64,000 bases of DNA from Methyloceanibacter sp. (GCA_035557335.1 DATMDY010000093.1:4194-68193), one strand, 5' to 3'. Shown: positions 9,770-19,976, numbered from the stretch's first letter. The notes: generated by a model not told the origin, from the sequence alone. Made by a program: numbers and translations.

Positions 9770-10713
9770 TGGCGATCGTCGCTGCCTTGGATGGCAGTTC
9801 ACCCGCGTCGTTATTGGCAACGAAGGTACGCGGCCGCTGCGCCGACTGGCTGCTGCGCGTGACCTGCTGGGCCGCTCTCGCGGTCGTGGCGCTCACGCTC
9901 GGCGCGCTTGTCCTGTTGATCTGCCGTGAGGCGTGGCCGGCGATCTCCTCACCCGGCAACATCTGGGCCTTGCTCGCTGGCGAGGATTGGGCGCCGCTGA
10001 TGAACCCACCTCAGCTTGGGATCCGCCACGCGATCCTTTCCACCATAATGGTCACGGGCTTGAGCTTGTTTCTTGCGGTTCCGCTCGGCTTCGCCATCGG
10101 CCTGTTCGTCTCCGAACTGGCGCCAGTCTGGATCCGCAATCTCTTGCAGCCTTGCTTCGAGCTGCTCGCAGGGATTCCGTCGGTGGTGTACGGGTTCTTC
10201 GGCTATGTCACGCTCGTCGCCTGGTTCGAGCAATATGGCGGCATGGCGACTGGCGAATCCCTGCTGGTGGCGTCTCTCGTCCTAGCCATCATGGTCCTCC
10301 CATTCATCGCCAGTGTTTCCGGCGAGGCTTTTGCCGCCGTCCCTACGCCATTGCGGGATGCTGCTTTCTCGACCGGCGCCACGCGCTGGCATGTCGCGCG
10401 CCGCATCTTGTTTCGCGCCGCGATGCCTGGATTGTTTGCCGCCGTGGCGCTCGGCCTGGCGCGGGCGATCGGTGAGACCTTGGCGGTCTTGCTGCTCGCC
10501 GGCAATTCGACAGCCTTGCCTGGCTCCTTCCTTGATCGCGGCCAGCCGCTAACCGCGCTGATCGCGACCGATCTCCCCGAAGCTGGGGTAGGCAGCGAGA
10601 AGTACCACGCACTCTATGCGGCTGGACTCGTCCTGCTACTGCTTACCGGTGCGATCAACTTGATCGTGTGGAAATTGAAGGCCCAGATCGTCGCGCGGCA
10701 GGGGAGTTGGTGA
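9769..10713 (+). CDS. pstC: PstC-family ABC permease
   Basis: ELLAGIPSVVYGFFG, LARAIGETLAV; multiple TM helices. Confidence 0.9.
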   Translation: MAIVAALDGSSPASLLATKVRGRCADWLLRVTCWAALAVVALTLGALVLLICREAWPAISSPGNIWALLAGEDWAPLMNPPQLGIRHAILSTIMVTGLSLFLAVPLGFAIGLFVSELAPVWIRNLLQPCFELLAGIPSVVYGFFGYVTLVAWFEQYGGMATGESLLVASLVLAIMVLPFIASVSGEAFAAVPTPLRDAAFSTGATRWHVARRILFRAAMPGLFAAVALGLARAIGETLAVLLLAGNSTALPGSFLDRGQPLTALIATDLPEAGVGSEKYHALYAAGLVLLLLTGAINLIVWKLKAQIVARQGSW

Positions 10714-11573
10714 TGAGCGCCTGGGTCGAGCCACTCCGCCCGAGCGCGATAGCCGCCGACCGTCTCTATGTGGCTCTCGGCTGGCTTGCCGGAGCGATCG
10801 GATTTGCCTTACCGCTTGGCATTGTCGGTTTCCTCGTGGTCGAGGGCATCGGCAGGATTTCTTGGGACTTTCTGCTCCTGCCACCCATGGGCTATCCGCT
10901 GGGTAGTTCGGGAGGCATCGCGCCGGCAATTCAAGGATCGCTGGCGCTTGTCGGCCTGGGCCTCGCGCTTGCGCTGCCGCTTGCCCTGGCGAGCGCCATC
11001 GGCCTGTCGGAATATGTCGAGCCGTCGGGACGCATGGCGAAAGCCTTACGTTTCGCGGCCGAGAGTCTCGCCGCCGTGCCAGCAATCCTCTACGGGCTGT
11101 TCGGCTATACCGTTTTCGTCGTCTTCTGTCGCTTCGAGGTGTCGCTGCTGTCCGGCGCTCTGACGCTCGGTCTGATGATGCTGCCGATCATCTTGATCGG
11201 GACCCATGCAGCGCTTCAAGCGATCGAATTCGAGCTCCGAGAAAGCGCGCTTGCGCTGGGGGTAAGCCGATCCTATGCCATGCGCAGGATTTTTCTGCCG
11301 CGCGCGCTCCCGGGGATTGTAGCTGTCACAGTATTGGCAGCCGGCCATGCCGTGGGCTCGGCCGCGCCGGTCATGTTCACCGCGAGCGTCGCCTACGCGC
11401 GCGGTGCGCCCGCCCTCGACGCGCCGGTCATGACGCTGCCAACGCATCTTTATTACATCGTCAGCGAAGCACTCGACCTAGAGCAGGCTTATGGAACGGC
11501 GCTCGTGCTTGTGATCGGTCTCCTGTGCGCCAATGCGTTCGCGATGCTGCTGCGCCGCTGGCTGATCCGCTGA
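10713..11573 (+). CDS. pstA: PstA-family ABC permease
   Basis: GGIAPAIQGS, LAAVPAILYGLFG, LRESALALG, TLPTHLY; start overlaps the pstC stop. Confidence 0.88.
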   Translation: MSAWVEPLRPSAIAADRLYVALGWLAGAIGFALPLGIVGFLVVEGIGRISWDFLLLPPMGYPLGSSGGIAPAIQGSLALVGLGLALALPLALASAIGLSEYVEPSGRMAKALRFAAESLAAVPAILYGLFGYTVFVVFCRFEVSLLSGALTLGLMMLPIILIGTHAALQAIEFELRESALALGVSRSYAMRRIFLPRALPGIVAVTVLAAGHAVGSAAPVMFTASVAYARGAPALDAPVMTLPTHLYYIVSEALDLEQAYGTALVLVIGLLCANAFAMLLRRWLIR

Positions 11574-11586
11574 CAGGGGAGATGCC

Positions 11587-12420
11587 ATGGCTTCGCTGAC
11601 ACTGCCCCGCCGCCTCGATCCCGAGCAAGGCAGGAACGCGCCCCCATTCGCCAAAATCATTACGAGCCCTGCCGCTTTCGAATTGCGGAATCTCGCCGTG
11701 ACTTATGGTGCCATCCCGGTACTACGCGGCATCGACTGCCGAATCTCGGAAGGCGCGGTGACCGCCATCATGGGGCCGTCAGGTTGCGGCAAGTCCACGC
11801 TGGTCAAGACCTTGAACCGGACGCTTGAACTGACGGCAGGTATCCGGGTGTCCGGAGAGGTCAAGTTTCGAGGCCAGGATCTCTATGCCGCGTCGATCGA
11901 TCCGAGAAGCGTGCGGCGCACCCTGGGCATCATCCATCAGCGTCCCGTGCCGTTTCCCATGTCGATCCTAGAGAACGTGCTTTTCGGCGCGTCGTTTCAT
12001 GGACGGATAAACGGAGAGGACCGCATCGATTATGCGCGGCGTTTCCTTGAGCGCGTCAGTCTGTGGGAAGAAGTGAAGGACCGGTTGGGCGACCGCGCCG
12101 AATGTCTATCGGGCGGTCAGCAACAGCGGCTTTGCCTCGCACGAACGCTCGCCACCAAGCCGAGCGCCTTGTTGCTCGATGAACCGTGCTCGGCCCTCGA
12201 TCCGTATGCGACCAGGCATATCGAGGAGCACGTGCGCGACCTCAAACGTGACTTTCCCGTCGTCATCGTGACCCATAATGTGGCGCAAGCCCGCCGGGTC
12301 AGCGATTACGTCCTATTCATTTATGAAGGCGAGCTCATCGAGGCAGGACCCACCGAGCACGTCTTTGCCGCGCCGAGCAGCAGGCTGGCGCGCGACTTCA
12401 TATCTGGTCAGTTCGGCTAG
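11587..12420 (+). CDS. pstB: PstB-family ABC ATPase
   Basis: GPSGCGKST, PFPMSILENV, LSGGQQQRLC, LLDEPCSALDP. Confidence 0.9.
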   Translation: MASLTLPRRLDPEQGRNAPPFAKIITSPAAFELRNLAVTYGAIPVLRGIDCRISEGAVTAIMGPSGCGKSTLVKTLNRTLELTAGIRVSGEVKFRGQDLYAASIDPRSVRRTLGIIHQRPVPFPMSILENVLFGASFHGRINGEDRIDYARRFLERVSLWEEVKDRLGDRAECLSGGQQQRLCLARTLATKPSALLLDEPCSALDPYATRHIEEHVRDLKRDFPVVIVTHNVAQARRVSDYVLFIYEGELIEAGPTEHVFAAPSSRLARDFISGQFG

Positions 12421-12528
12421 GCAGAACGCGACAATCGCACCCCTGTTATCGCAGTCCAACACGATTACTATCAAGAGTCGTGCGTTACTGAACGAGATAG
12501 AAGCGAAACGCCGGAGGGAGGCTGGGCG

Positions 12529-13002
12529 CTAGCAGCTTGCCGCGACGGTCGCGCGCGATTTTGATGTGCGCTTCGCCTTGCGCAGAGACGCCTCTGGCCG
12601 CCGTGCATGGACCAGATCGGCCAGCGTATGTTTCTCGAGCACACTGATAAACGCCTCCAGGGCCTCGTTGAGCATCAGGTTGATCGGCGCCACCTGTTTA
12701 ATGCCGCAAGCGAATGAGGCCCCGCCGACACATTCCGCCTCGACATGCGTGGTCTCGGTTACGCGGAGCACATCGCCGAGATTGATCTCCGAAGCCGGCC
12801 GGGCAAGTTTGAGTCCTCCGGCGCGCCCCCGGCTCGTGATAAGAAAGCCGCCGCGCACGAGGAGCGGCACGATCTTAGCCACGTTATATTCGGTGATTCC
12901 GTCGAGCGAGGCGATGTCGCTCGCCCTGACATATTGTTCAGTGGCCGCCGAGCAATGGATCAGGATCCGGATCGCGTAGCTTGTTTGTTTGGTCAGGCGC
13001 AT
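12529..13002 (-). CDS. Rrf2-family regulator, RirA-like
   Basis: MRLTKQTSYAIRILIHC, SRGRAGGLKLARPASEINLGDV; GGAGGGAG RBS before ATG 13002. Confidence 0.88.
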   Translation of the reverse strand: MRLTKQTSYAIRILIHCSAATEQYVRASDIASLDGITEYNVAKIVPLLVRGGFLITSRGRAGGLKLARPASEINLGDVLRVTETTHVEAECVGGASFACGIKQVAPINLMLNEALEAFISVLEKHTLADLVHARRPEASLRKAKRTSKSRATVAASC

Positions 13003-13183
13003 CGCTTCTCCCTCCGCGACTATAACATAACGACCCGAGTCCCTAGGCAATCTCACAAATTCGTGTCGCAAATGAGTGCCTCGGTTCGCCGGCTTTCTGT
13101 TCCTCCTCGATCGCTCGCCTTCGTCAAGAAATTTCCCTGGCAGCCCAGCAGCGATGCGGCCTTCTGGCTTATATAAAGAAAGT

Positions 13184-13198
13184 TGACAAAAATAGTCA
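13184..13198. promoter_or_regulatory. IRO-like operator (TGA-N9-TCA)
   Basis: TGACAAAAATAGTCA between the Rrf2 gene and the TonB-dependent receptor; near-identical copy upstream of exbB. Confidence 0.75.
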
Positions 13199-13304
13199 TA
13201 TTTGTCTCAATACCCCCAGGTCGCACGTAAGGCAGCCAAGAATCACACAGATTCCAAGCCGCCCCTACGAAGCGTCCAAGCAAAAGAGGTTGGGGGGTCC
13301 AATA

Positions 13305-15830
13305 ATGCGCTCTTTCGAACTCGGCGGCCTTGCGCCCGTCGACTATCTTCCGCTCGCCGAGGATTTCGCGGCGGAGGCGCGTGATTCGCGTGCCCGGCTG
13401 AAGGGGACGGTCTCGGTCAGCGTCGTGTCCATGATGGCGGCGGGCAGCTTCGGCTCCTCGGCCCTGGCGCAGGAAGCTACGCCGCTTCCGACACTGGAAG
13501 TTACCGCCAAGGCCAAGCCAAAAAAGAAACCACCGGCCCGTTCGACAACGCCCGCTCGCGTGCCGGCGCCAGCGCCCGTCTCGCAGCAGGCGGTCGAACC
13601 CGTTGCCGAGATCACCACGCCTAGCCGCGGCGTCGGTGCAACGAACAATGTGACGCCCGCAAGTGGAAACGTGCTGGAGTCGGGCACCGGTCTCGGACGC
13701 CTGCCGGGCACGATTCAGGAATTGCCGCAAACAGTCAACGTCGTCCCGCAAAAGATCATTGAGGAGCAGAATGCCACCACGCTCGGGGCAGCGTTACGCA
13801 ACGTGCCCGGCGTGACCGTGAATCTCGGCGAGGGTGGCGCGGGCATGAACGGCGATCAGTTCCGCATCCGCGGCTTCCAAGCCAAGGGCGATATCTATGT
13901 CGACGGCTTGCGCGATTTCGGCGTCTATGTCCGCGATACCTTCGCCATTCAAGAGGTGCAGGTGATCAAGGGACCGACGGCGGAGAGCTTCGGCATGGGC
14001 ACGGGTGGAGGTGCTATCAATATGCGGCTGAAGACACCGCATTTGGGAGACGCGAATTATGTCGATGGCATTGCTGGGATGGGCCCGATGTATCGCACGA
14101 CCCTCGACGTTAACAAGCAACTCGGCCCGACAACAGCAATGCGCCTTGTCGGTATGTGGACCGAGCAGGAATTTGTCGACCGCGACCTCATCTATTCGGA
14201 CCGCTGGGGCCTTCTCGCCTCGTTGGGTCTAGGACTGGGAACCGATACGACTCTAATTCTGGATTACTTCCATCAGACGGGCAAACGGCGCCCCGATACA
14301 GGCGTGCCATTGGCCAATCCCTCGCTACAGAACCAATATCCCAATTTTATCGGTAGGCCGGTGACCGAATTCGGCGCGGATCGCTCGAATTTCTACGGCA
14401 AGAAGAGCGACCTCGACGATCACGACATCGATATGTTCACGGCGCGGTTCCAGAAGCAGGTGAATCCATGGTTGACCTTCTACAATGACAGCCGTCTGTC
14501 CTGGTACGATCGCTATTTCGCGCACAGCTTCGCCAACTGCGACACAATCGGCGATGGCACCACCGATCCGTTCTGCTCGCCGGATGTTTTCTTCGACCGG
14601 AACTTGGATACATCTTACCGTCTCAGCAATAACGGCTTTACCCAAGAGGCTTGGGGCGGACAGAACATCACCACCTTGGTGGCGAATTTCGCCACGGGCC
14701 GCTTCAAGCACGAGGTGGTCGCCGGTATAGATGTTTTCTTCCAGGAAGACCGGCGCATCGCGCTCCTTCAGGGGCCGGCGCTCGCGGGCACGATCGCCCA
14801 TCCGAACAACGACGGGGGTGCTGACACCCTGAACAATTTCTCGCGCAAGCGGGGAAGCACCGACGATTTCGCGTTGTTCGCCAGCGAGCGGCTGTGGCTT
14901 ACGGACACTTTTTCGGTCCTGGGCGGGGTTCGCTGGGACGACTTCCACGCCAAGTTTAACTCGACCACGACAGGAACCTACACGCTGCCTCCGCTCGAAG
15001 CCGACTCGGATTTCACCAGTCCCAAGGCCAGCGTGATCTGGGAGCCGACCGACTTTCAGACCTACTACGCGTCATGGGCGAGATCATATTCCACGATCGC
15101 CGGGCAGTTCATCAGCAACGACAATAACGGGATTAGCGACGAGACGCTGGAACCCGAAGAGAACGAGTTGTGGGAAGTGGGCGCGAAGGTCAGCGTTCTT
15201 AATGGGCGTCTTGGCCTGACGGGAGCGCTATTCCGGATCGACAAGGATAATGCGCTCGTTCAGGATCCCATTACCGGTCTCCTTGTCCCGCTTGCCGATA
15301 ACCAAAGCTTCCGTGTTGAAGGCTTCGAATTCGGCCTGGCGGGGCAAATCACCGACGCCTGGAGCATGCAGCTCGCCTACGCCTACTTGGACAGCGAAGT
15401 CACCTTCAATTCCGCAATCGGTACCGATCCTAACGATCCCTCCACGGTGCTGGTGAATCAGTACAAGGGCAACGAGGTTCCTTTCGCACCGCCAAACACC
15501 TTCAGCGTCTGGACGAGCTACGAATTGTCCAAGCTCATCCGTGTTGGCCCAGGGAAGTTTCTGGTGGGTGGCGGCGTCGTCTACAGCGACGAGTACTTCC
15601 TCCATGCGAGGAACGGCTCGGTCATTCCTGCGGCTGCCACGCTCGACGGTTTGTTGTCCTATGAGGTTAGCGGATGGAACTTCCAGCTCAACGGCTACAA
15701 TCTGACCGACGAACTTGGCTATGACTCCGCGCAGTTCAACAATAGCCCTGGTCCGTCTCGCGGCATGCGCGGCCGCTCCGTACCGATACCTGGGCGGACG
15801 GTGCTGTTCACCGTCGGTAAGAAATTCTAG
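13305..15830 (+). CDS. TonB-dependent receptor (Fiu/PiuA-like)
   Basis: Plug motifs (PQTVNVVP, ALRNVPGVT, FRIRGF, YVDGLRD, VQVIKGP, GGAINM), barrel, C-terminal Phe; followed by piuC. Confidence 0.92.
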   Translation: MRSFELGGLAPVDYLPLAEDFAAEARDSRARLKGTVSVSVVSMMAAGSFGSSALAQEATPLPTLEVTAKAKPKKKPPARSTTPARVPAPAPVSQQAVEPVAEITTPSRGVGATNNVTPASGNVLESGTGLGRLPGTIQELPQTVNVVPQKIIEEQNATTLGAALRNVPGVTVNLGEGGAGMNGDQFRIRGFQAKGDIYVDGLRDFGVYVRDTFAIQEVQVIKGPTAESFGMGTGGGAINMRLKTPHLGDANYVDGIAGMGPMYRTTLDVNKQLGPTTAMRLVGMWTEQEFVDRDLIYSDRWGLLASLGLGLGTDTTLILDYFHQTGKRRPDTGVPLANPSLQNQYPNFIGRPVTEFGADRSNFYGKKSDLDDHDIDMFTARFQKQVNPWLTFYNDSRLSWYDRYFAHSFANCDTIGDGTTDPFCSPDVFFDRNLDTSYRLSNNGFTQEAWGGQNITTLVANFATGRFKHEVVAGIDVFFQEDRRIALLQGPALAGTIAHPNNDGGADTLNNFSRKRGSTDDFALFASERLWLTDTFSVLGGVRWDDFHAKFNSTTTGTYTLPPLEADSDFTSPKASVIWEPTDFQTYYASWARSYSTIAGQFISNDNNGISDETLEPEENELWEVGAKVSVLNGRLGLTGALFRIDKDNALVQDPITGLLVPLADNQSFRVEGFEFGLAGQITDAWSMQLAYAYLDSEVTFNSAIGTDPNDPSTVLVNQYKGNEVPFAPPNTFSVWTSYELSKLIRVGPGKFLVGGGVVYSDEYFLHARNGSVIPAAATLDGLLSYEVSGWNFQLNGYNLTDELGYDSAQFNNSPGPSRGMRGRSVPIPGRTVLFTVGKKF

Positions 15831-15839
15831 GCCCACTGT

Positions 15840-15879
15840 CCCGCTCGGAAGCGCCTTTCTAGGCGCCTCCGGGCGGGAG
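15840..15879 (+). other. GC-rich stem-loop after the receptor gene (stabiliser/attenuator)
   Basis: CCCGCTCGGAAGCGCC-TTTCTA-GGCGCCTCCGGGCGGG; no U-tract. Confidence 0.45.
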
Positions 15880-15922
15880 ACCTCGCCGCCGCATCGTCTA
15901 TCTGGCGTAGAGATCGTTAGAG

Positions 15923-16606
15923 ATGCTCATCCATATTCCCAAGGTCTTGTCGGAAGAACAGGTCTCGCACGCGCGTAAGCTGCTGGAAGAGACCGCCTGG
16001 ATCGACGGCAAGATGACCGCCGGCGAGCAGGCGGGAAAAGCCAAACTTAATTTGCAGATCCCCGAGGGTTCCCCTGCCGCCCGCGAAATCGGCGAGATCA
16101 TTCTGCGCGCCTTGGGCGGCAACGCCCTTTTCACCTCCGCGGCCTTGCCATTGCGCGTGCTGCCACCGATGTTCAATCGCTATGATGTCGGCATGAAGTT
16201 CGATGCGCATGTGGATGGCGCAATTCGCGCGATTCCTGGTGCCGGCATGCGCATGCGCGCCGACGTCTCCTCGACTCTGTTTCTCACCGCGCCCGAAGAC
16301 TATGATGGCGGTGAGCTCATCATCGAAGATACCTATGGCAGCCAGAAGGTGAGGCTTCCGGCCGGCGACATGGTGCTCTATCCCTCCACCAGTCTCCATA
16401 GCGTCACCGAGGTCACGCGTGGGAGCCGCTGGTCTTCGTTCTTCTGGACGCAATCGATGGTCAAGAACGACGCCGAGCGCGCGCTGCTCTTCGACCTCGA
16501 CATGGCAATCCTGGAGATCAGAAAAACGCTGTCCGACGACAACCGCGCCGTGGTGGCGCTGACGAACCATTATCACAACCTGCTGCGGCGCTGGGCGGAG
16601 ATGTAA
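15923..16606 (+). CDS. piuC: PKHD-type Fe(II)/2-oxoglutarate dioxygenase (PiuC/YbiX)
   Basis: PPMFNRY, HVD, YDGGEL, LYPSTSLHSV, FFWTQS, YHNLLRRWAE. Confidence 0.93.
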   Translation: MLIHIPKVLSEEQVSHARKLLEETAWIDGKMTAGEQAGKAKLNLQIPEGSPAAREIGEIILRALGGNALFTSAALPLRVLPPMFNRYDVGMKFDAHVDGAIRAIPGAGMRMRADVSSTLFLTAPEDYDGGELIIEDTYGSQKVRLPAGDMVLYPSTSLHSVTEVTRGSRWSSFFWTQSMVKNDAERALLFDLDMAILEIRKTLSDDNRAVVALTNHYHNLLRRWAEM

Positions 16607-16607
16607 C

Positions 16608-17390
16608 GTGTCGGAATTGTGGGACGACCTCCCGGAAACCGAATCGTTTCCTCACATCCAGGTGAAACTCAGCCCACGGCAATATCGCGAGCGTCTTGCC
16701 GAGAATCCTGAGCTGGGGGCGACCTGGGTCCGCGATGCGGCGCTCTCGGGGCTCCCCGAGGCGCAAGTCGGCTTGGGACACATACTCCTCGATGGTTATG
16801 GCGTGGAACGCGATCCCGTTTCCGCCGTTCGCTGGTTCGAACTTGCTGCCCAGCAGGACAATCCCGATGCCTTCAATATGCTCGGCCGCTGCCATGAATG
16901 CGGCTGGGGGGTAGCGCCTGATGCCGTTGAGGCTGCGCTGTGGTATGAGCGCGCCGCGGCGAAGGGCCATGACTGGGCGCAGTTCAATCTCGCCTGTTTG
17001 ATTCTTGCCACGCAGGGATGGGACGCGGGCCTGCCCCGCGCACTCTCGCTGCTCGTGGCCTCGGCGCGCGCCGGCAATCCCAAAGCCAAGAACATGATCG
17101 GCGATCTTCGGGAGAAAGGCTGGGCGGGGGCGCCCAAGCTGCGCTCGGCGGCGCTATGGTATCGCTGGGCGGCCGAAGGCGGCTGTTACCGCGGCCAGTT
17201 CCATCATGCGCGCTTTCTGCTGCGGGCGGGCAAGATCGGAGAGGCGAAGCGATGGTTCCGTTCCTCGCTGAGGCAAGCTCCGCCTGATTTCGCGGGCGAA
17301 GCAAGGGACATTTTGCGCGGCCATCACACGGAGCGGGTGCGGGCCATCGCCGAAGAGCAGCTTGGCCGAAGCCAGGAACGCGTCGCCTAA
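16608..17390 (+). CDS. Sel1-like repeat protein
   Basis: Repeats AQVGLG..DGYGV..D...AVRWF..AA, NMLGRCHECGWG, WAQFNLA. Confidence 0.88.
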   Translation: MSELWDDLPETESFPHIQVKLSPRQYRERLAENPELGATWVRDAALSGLPEAQVGLGHILLDGYGVERDPVSAVRWFELAAQQDNPDAFNMLGRCHECGWGVAPDAVEAALWYERAAAKGHDWAQFNLACLILATQGWDAGLPRALSLLVASARAGNPKAKNMIGDLREKGWAGAPKLRSAALWYRWAAEGGCYRGQFHHARFLLRAGKIGEAKRWFRSSLRQAPPDFAGEARDILRGHHTERVRAIAEEQLGRSQERVA

Positions 17391-17399
17391 GACCGGGTG

Positions 17400-18200
17400 T
17401 CAGCGGATACTGAACTCGATGGGCAGCACAAGATGAATGTGTCCAGTGGCAGAACCGTCGGGCGGGGCCGGGAAGGGGCTCGCGCGCCTGAGCACGGCTA
17501 GGGCCTCCTCGTCCAATAGCGTGGAGCCCGATCCCTTGACGATCTCCGCCTCTACGAGATGGCCTGAGGCAGCGATCTTGAATTCAACTCTGGTCACGCC
17601 CTGGACGTTGCGGCTGCGCGCCTCGGCCGGATAACGCTTGTACCGATTAAGGTGTAGGAGCAGCGCGCGTTGCCAAGTAATTGCCGCCTGGCTTGGCTGG
17701 GCCACCGCGCCAACGGTCTGGGCCTTAATGGTCTCCGACGGTGCGGCGTCAATTTTGGGTGGCGCGGTGGCAACGGAAGAAGCCGTGTTCACCTCCGTCA
17801 CGTGCTGTTGCGTCTGAAGCAGTTCTTGCTCTTCGGGTTCCTCCAGCGTCTCCATCGGCTCTATCTTCGGCAGCACGAGTTCGGGGTCGGGCGCAAGCCG
17901 CGCTTCCTCGACGGTTGGAAGATCGAGCTCTTCGAGTATGGCCTGCTCGCTTGGGATCGGCGTTGGCGTCGCGTCTTCGACCTGAGGGCCGAACGCCAAA
18001 TCCTGCTCGGGCGGCACCACGGCTAAAGCGGCGAGCTCCATGATGACGGCGCCGGCCGGGTCGGGTTCCGATTCCTCTTCGGGCCATTGCATCAGCGCCA
18101 GCGTGCCGCCGCCAAAATGCATGGCGACGATGACGGTCGCGGCGCCTAGCCAGCGGCGCAGCCGCGCATGCCGGTCGTCGATGATCTCACTGCCGAGCAT
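17400..18200 (-). CDS. tonB: TonB energy transducer
   Basis: N-terminal TM, Pro/Glu linker, C-terminal YKRYPAEAR, GSGSTLLDEEAL, PFPAPP; start placed at ATG 18200. Confidence 0.9.
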   Translation of the reverse strand: MLGSEIIDDRHARLRRWLGAATVIVAMHFGGGTLALMQWPEEESEPDPAGAVIMELAALAVVPPEQDLAFGPQVEDATPTPIPSEQAILEELDLPTVEEARLAPDPELVLPKIEPMETLEEPEEQELLQTQQHVTEVNTASSVATAPPKIDAAPSETIKAQTVGAVAQPSQAAITWQRALLLHLNRYKRYPAEARSRNVQGVTRVEFKIAASGHLVEAEIVKGSGSTLLDEEALAVLRRASPFPAPPDGSATGHIHLVLPIEFSIR

Positions 18201-18636
18201 CGGTGGGAGCGCGGCTCTCGAACGGCCCCTCCAGCCCGACCAGAGCAACCTTGAGGTAACCGGCCCGGCGCAGGAGGTTCATCACCTCCATGAGTTGGCC
18301 GTAAGGCACGGTCTTGTCGGCGCGGAGAAATACGCGCCTCTGCCTATCGGCGTCGGTGAATTGATCCAGCGCCGAGCCGAGCCGCGCACGGTCGATAGTG
18401 TCGTTGCCGACGGCCAGCGACAGATCTGTTTTTATGGTTAGATACAATGGCTTATCTGGACGTTGCACCGGCTTGGCGGTCGATACCGGCAGATCGACAG
18501 GCACGTCGACCGTCGAGAGCGGGGCCGCCACCATGAAGATGATGAGCAGCACCAGCATCACGTCGATGAACGGCGTGACGTTGATCTCGTGATTCTCGAC
18601 GAGGTCTTCCTGGTCCTTGTTGAGGCGCCCGTGCAT
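18187..18636 (-). CDS. exbD: ExbD
   Basis: HEINVTPFIDVMLVLLIIFMVAAP, FLRADK. Confidence 0.95.
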   Translation of the reverse strand: MHGRLNKDQEDLVENHEINVTPFIDVMLVLLIIFMVAAPLSTVDVPVDLPVSTAKPVQRPDKPLYLTIKTDLSLAVGNDTIDRARLGSALDQFTDADRQRRVFLRADKTVPYGQLMEVMNLLRRAGYLKVALVGLEGPFESRAPTDARQ

Positions 18637-18639
18637 GAA

Positions 18640-19668
18640 CTACTCCGCTGCCCTTTGTATGCCGCGCTTTCTGCCGGCTGCTCCCGAGTCGAGATCGCGT
18701 GAGACTTGGCGCATGATCTCTGCTGCCGCGTCGGCGACCAGAGCCCGGTAATCGCCGATGGAACGCGCGAAATGATTGTAGATGATCACGGCCGGAATCG
18801 CCGCGGCGAGACCCAAGGCCGTCGCCAGCAGCGCTTCGGCAATACCCGGCGCGACCACAGCAAGATTCGTAGTCTGCGCTTTCGAGATGCCGATGAAGCT
18901 GTTCATGATGCCCCACACCGTGCCGAACAAGCCGACAAAGGGCGCCGTGGCGCCGATCGTGGCGAGCAGTCCGGTGCCCATATTGATCTGGCGCGCCGCG
19001 GCAATCTGCAGGCCCTCCAAGCGAGAGCCGATCCGCTCTTTTATTCCGGCCTTGTCGGATAGATCCTGTGACAGACGAAGCTCGGTCGTCGCCGCATCGA
19101 TGAAGGCGGGAACGACCCCCCGTTGATTACCGAGCTCCGCCGCCGCCACGGCGAGTGAAGGCTCATTGACTAGCATGGCGAGGGCGCGCCGCGTTCTGCG
19201 CTTGGCAAGCCATAGTTCGAGGCTCTTCGCCAGCCAAACCGTCCAGGTAACGATCGAGGCGATGACAAGGCCGATGATGACCGCCTGGACCACGATGTCC
19301 GCCGCCATGAACATGCCCCACGGCGATAGATCGTGCGGCAGCGTTCCCGTATCGACACTGGCGGCGTCGGCATCCGACTCTGCTTGCGCATTTTGATCTT
19401 GTGCTTGCGTGGCGAGATCAGGCGCGCCCTGGTCCTCACTAGCAGACGGCATTTCAGTCTGCGCGTTCTCCGCGCCGGTTTGAGGAGATGGCGTGGGGCT
19501 GACGGAATCGGCTTCTTGGGCTGAGCTCGATGACTGAGGAACGGGTGTCTCGCCGGGACCCGGAGAGACCTGAACCTCCTGCGCCTTGAGCGCCAGGGAG
19601 AGGGGAGCGGCAAGCAGGCCCGTAACCATCAGGGCCGCAAGCAGCTGCTGGGAACGTAAAACGCGCAC
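18640..19668 (-). CDS. exbB: ExbB with N-terminal extension
   Basis: [41 protein letters not shown]. Confidence 0.95.
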   Translation of the reverse strand: MRVLRSQQLLAALMVTGLLAAPLSLALKAQEVQVSPGPGETPVPQSSSSAQEADSVSPTPSPQTGAENAQTEMPSASEDQGAPDLATQAQDQNAQAESDADAASVDTGTLPHDLSPWGMFMAADIVVQAVIIGLVIASIVTWTVWLAKSLELWLAKRRTRRALAMLVNEPSLAVAAAELGNQRGVVPAFIDAATTELRLSQDLSDKAGIKERIGSRLEGLQIAAARQINMGTGLLATIGATAPFVGLFGTVWGIMNSFIGISKAQTTNLAVVAPGIAEALLATALGLAAAIPAVIIYNHFARSIGDYRALVADAAAEIMRQVSRDLDSGAAGRKRGIQRAAE

Positions 19669-19727
19669 TTATCCCTCCGGACCATGCGGCTGGTGCCGCC
19701 CCTGCAAGGGTTCGGACAATAAAAACA

Positions 19728-19742
19728 TGACTTTTTTTGTCA
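19728..19742. promoter_or_regulatory. IRO-like operator (TGA-N9-TCA) upstream of exbB
   Basis: TGACTTTTTTTGTCA; reverse complement in context TTGACAAAAAAAGTCAT vs TTGACAAAAATAGTCAT at 13183. Confidence 0.75.
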
Positions 19743-19789
19743 AGTTTGGTGCAAAGCCCAAATCTTGGATTTTCCGGCTCTCTACCGAT

Positions 19790-19958
19790 GGTCCTTCTCA
19801 CAGCTTGGCTCGACGAAATGGCCTGCGAGCAGCCGCTCATGGACCAGGAATTCGTTTTCCTGCAAATTCTCGGCGCGGTCAGCCGTTTCGAGTTCGATAC
19901 GGAGGGGAAACTGGTTCTGCACAGTGACGATGGCACTCTCGTAGCCAGCCGAAAATAG
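19790..19958 (+). pseudogene. META/HslJ-domain remnant
   Basis: SFSQLGST in one frame then, after an apparent 1-nt deletion, MACEQPLMDQEFVFLQILGAVSRFEFDTEGKLVLH: C-terminal half of a META domain, N-terminus absent. Confidence 0.6.
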
Positions 19959-19976
19959 CTTGCGGGGACCATCGGC

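Noticed and set aside
13305-15830. TonB-dependent receptor as a LutH-like lanthanide importer serving the xoxF cluster
   Set aside because: Its context (piuC, Sel1 protein, RirA-like regulator, paired IRO-like sites) fits iron uptake; only proximity supports a lanthanide role.
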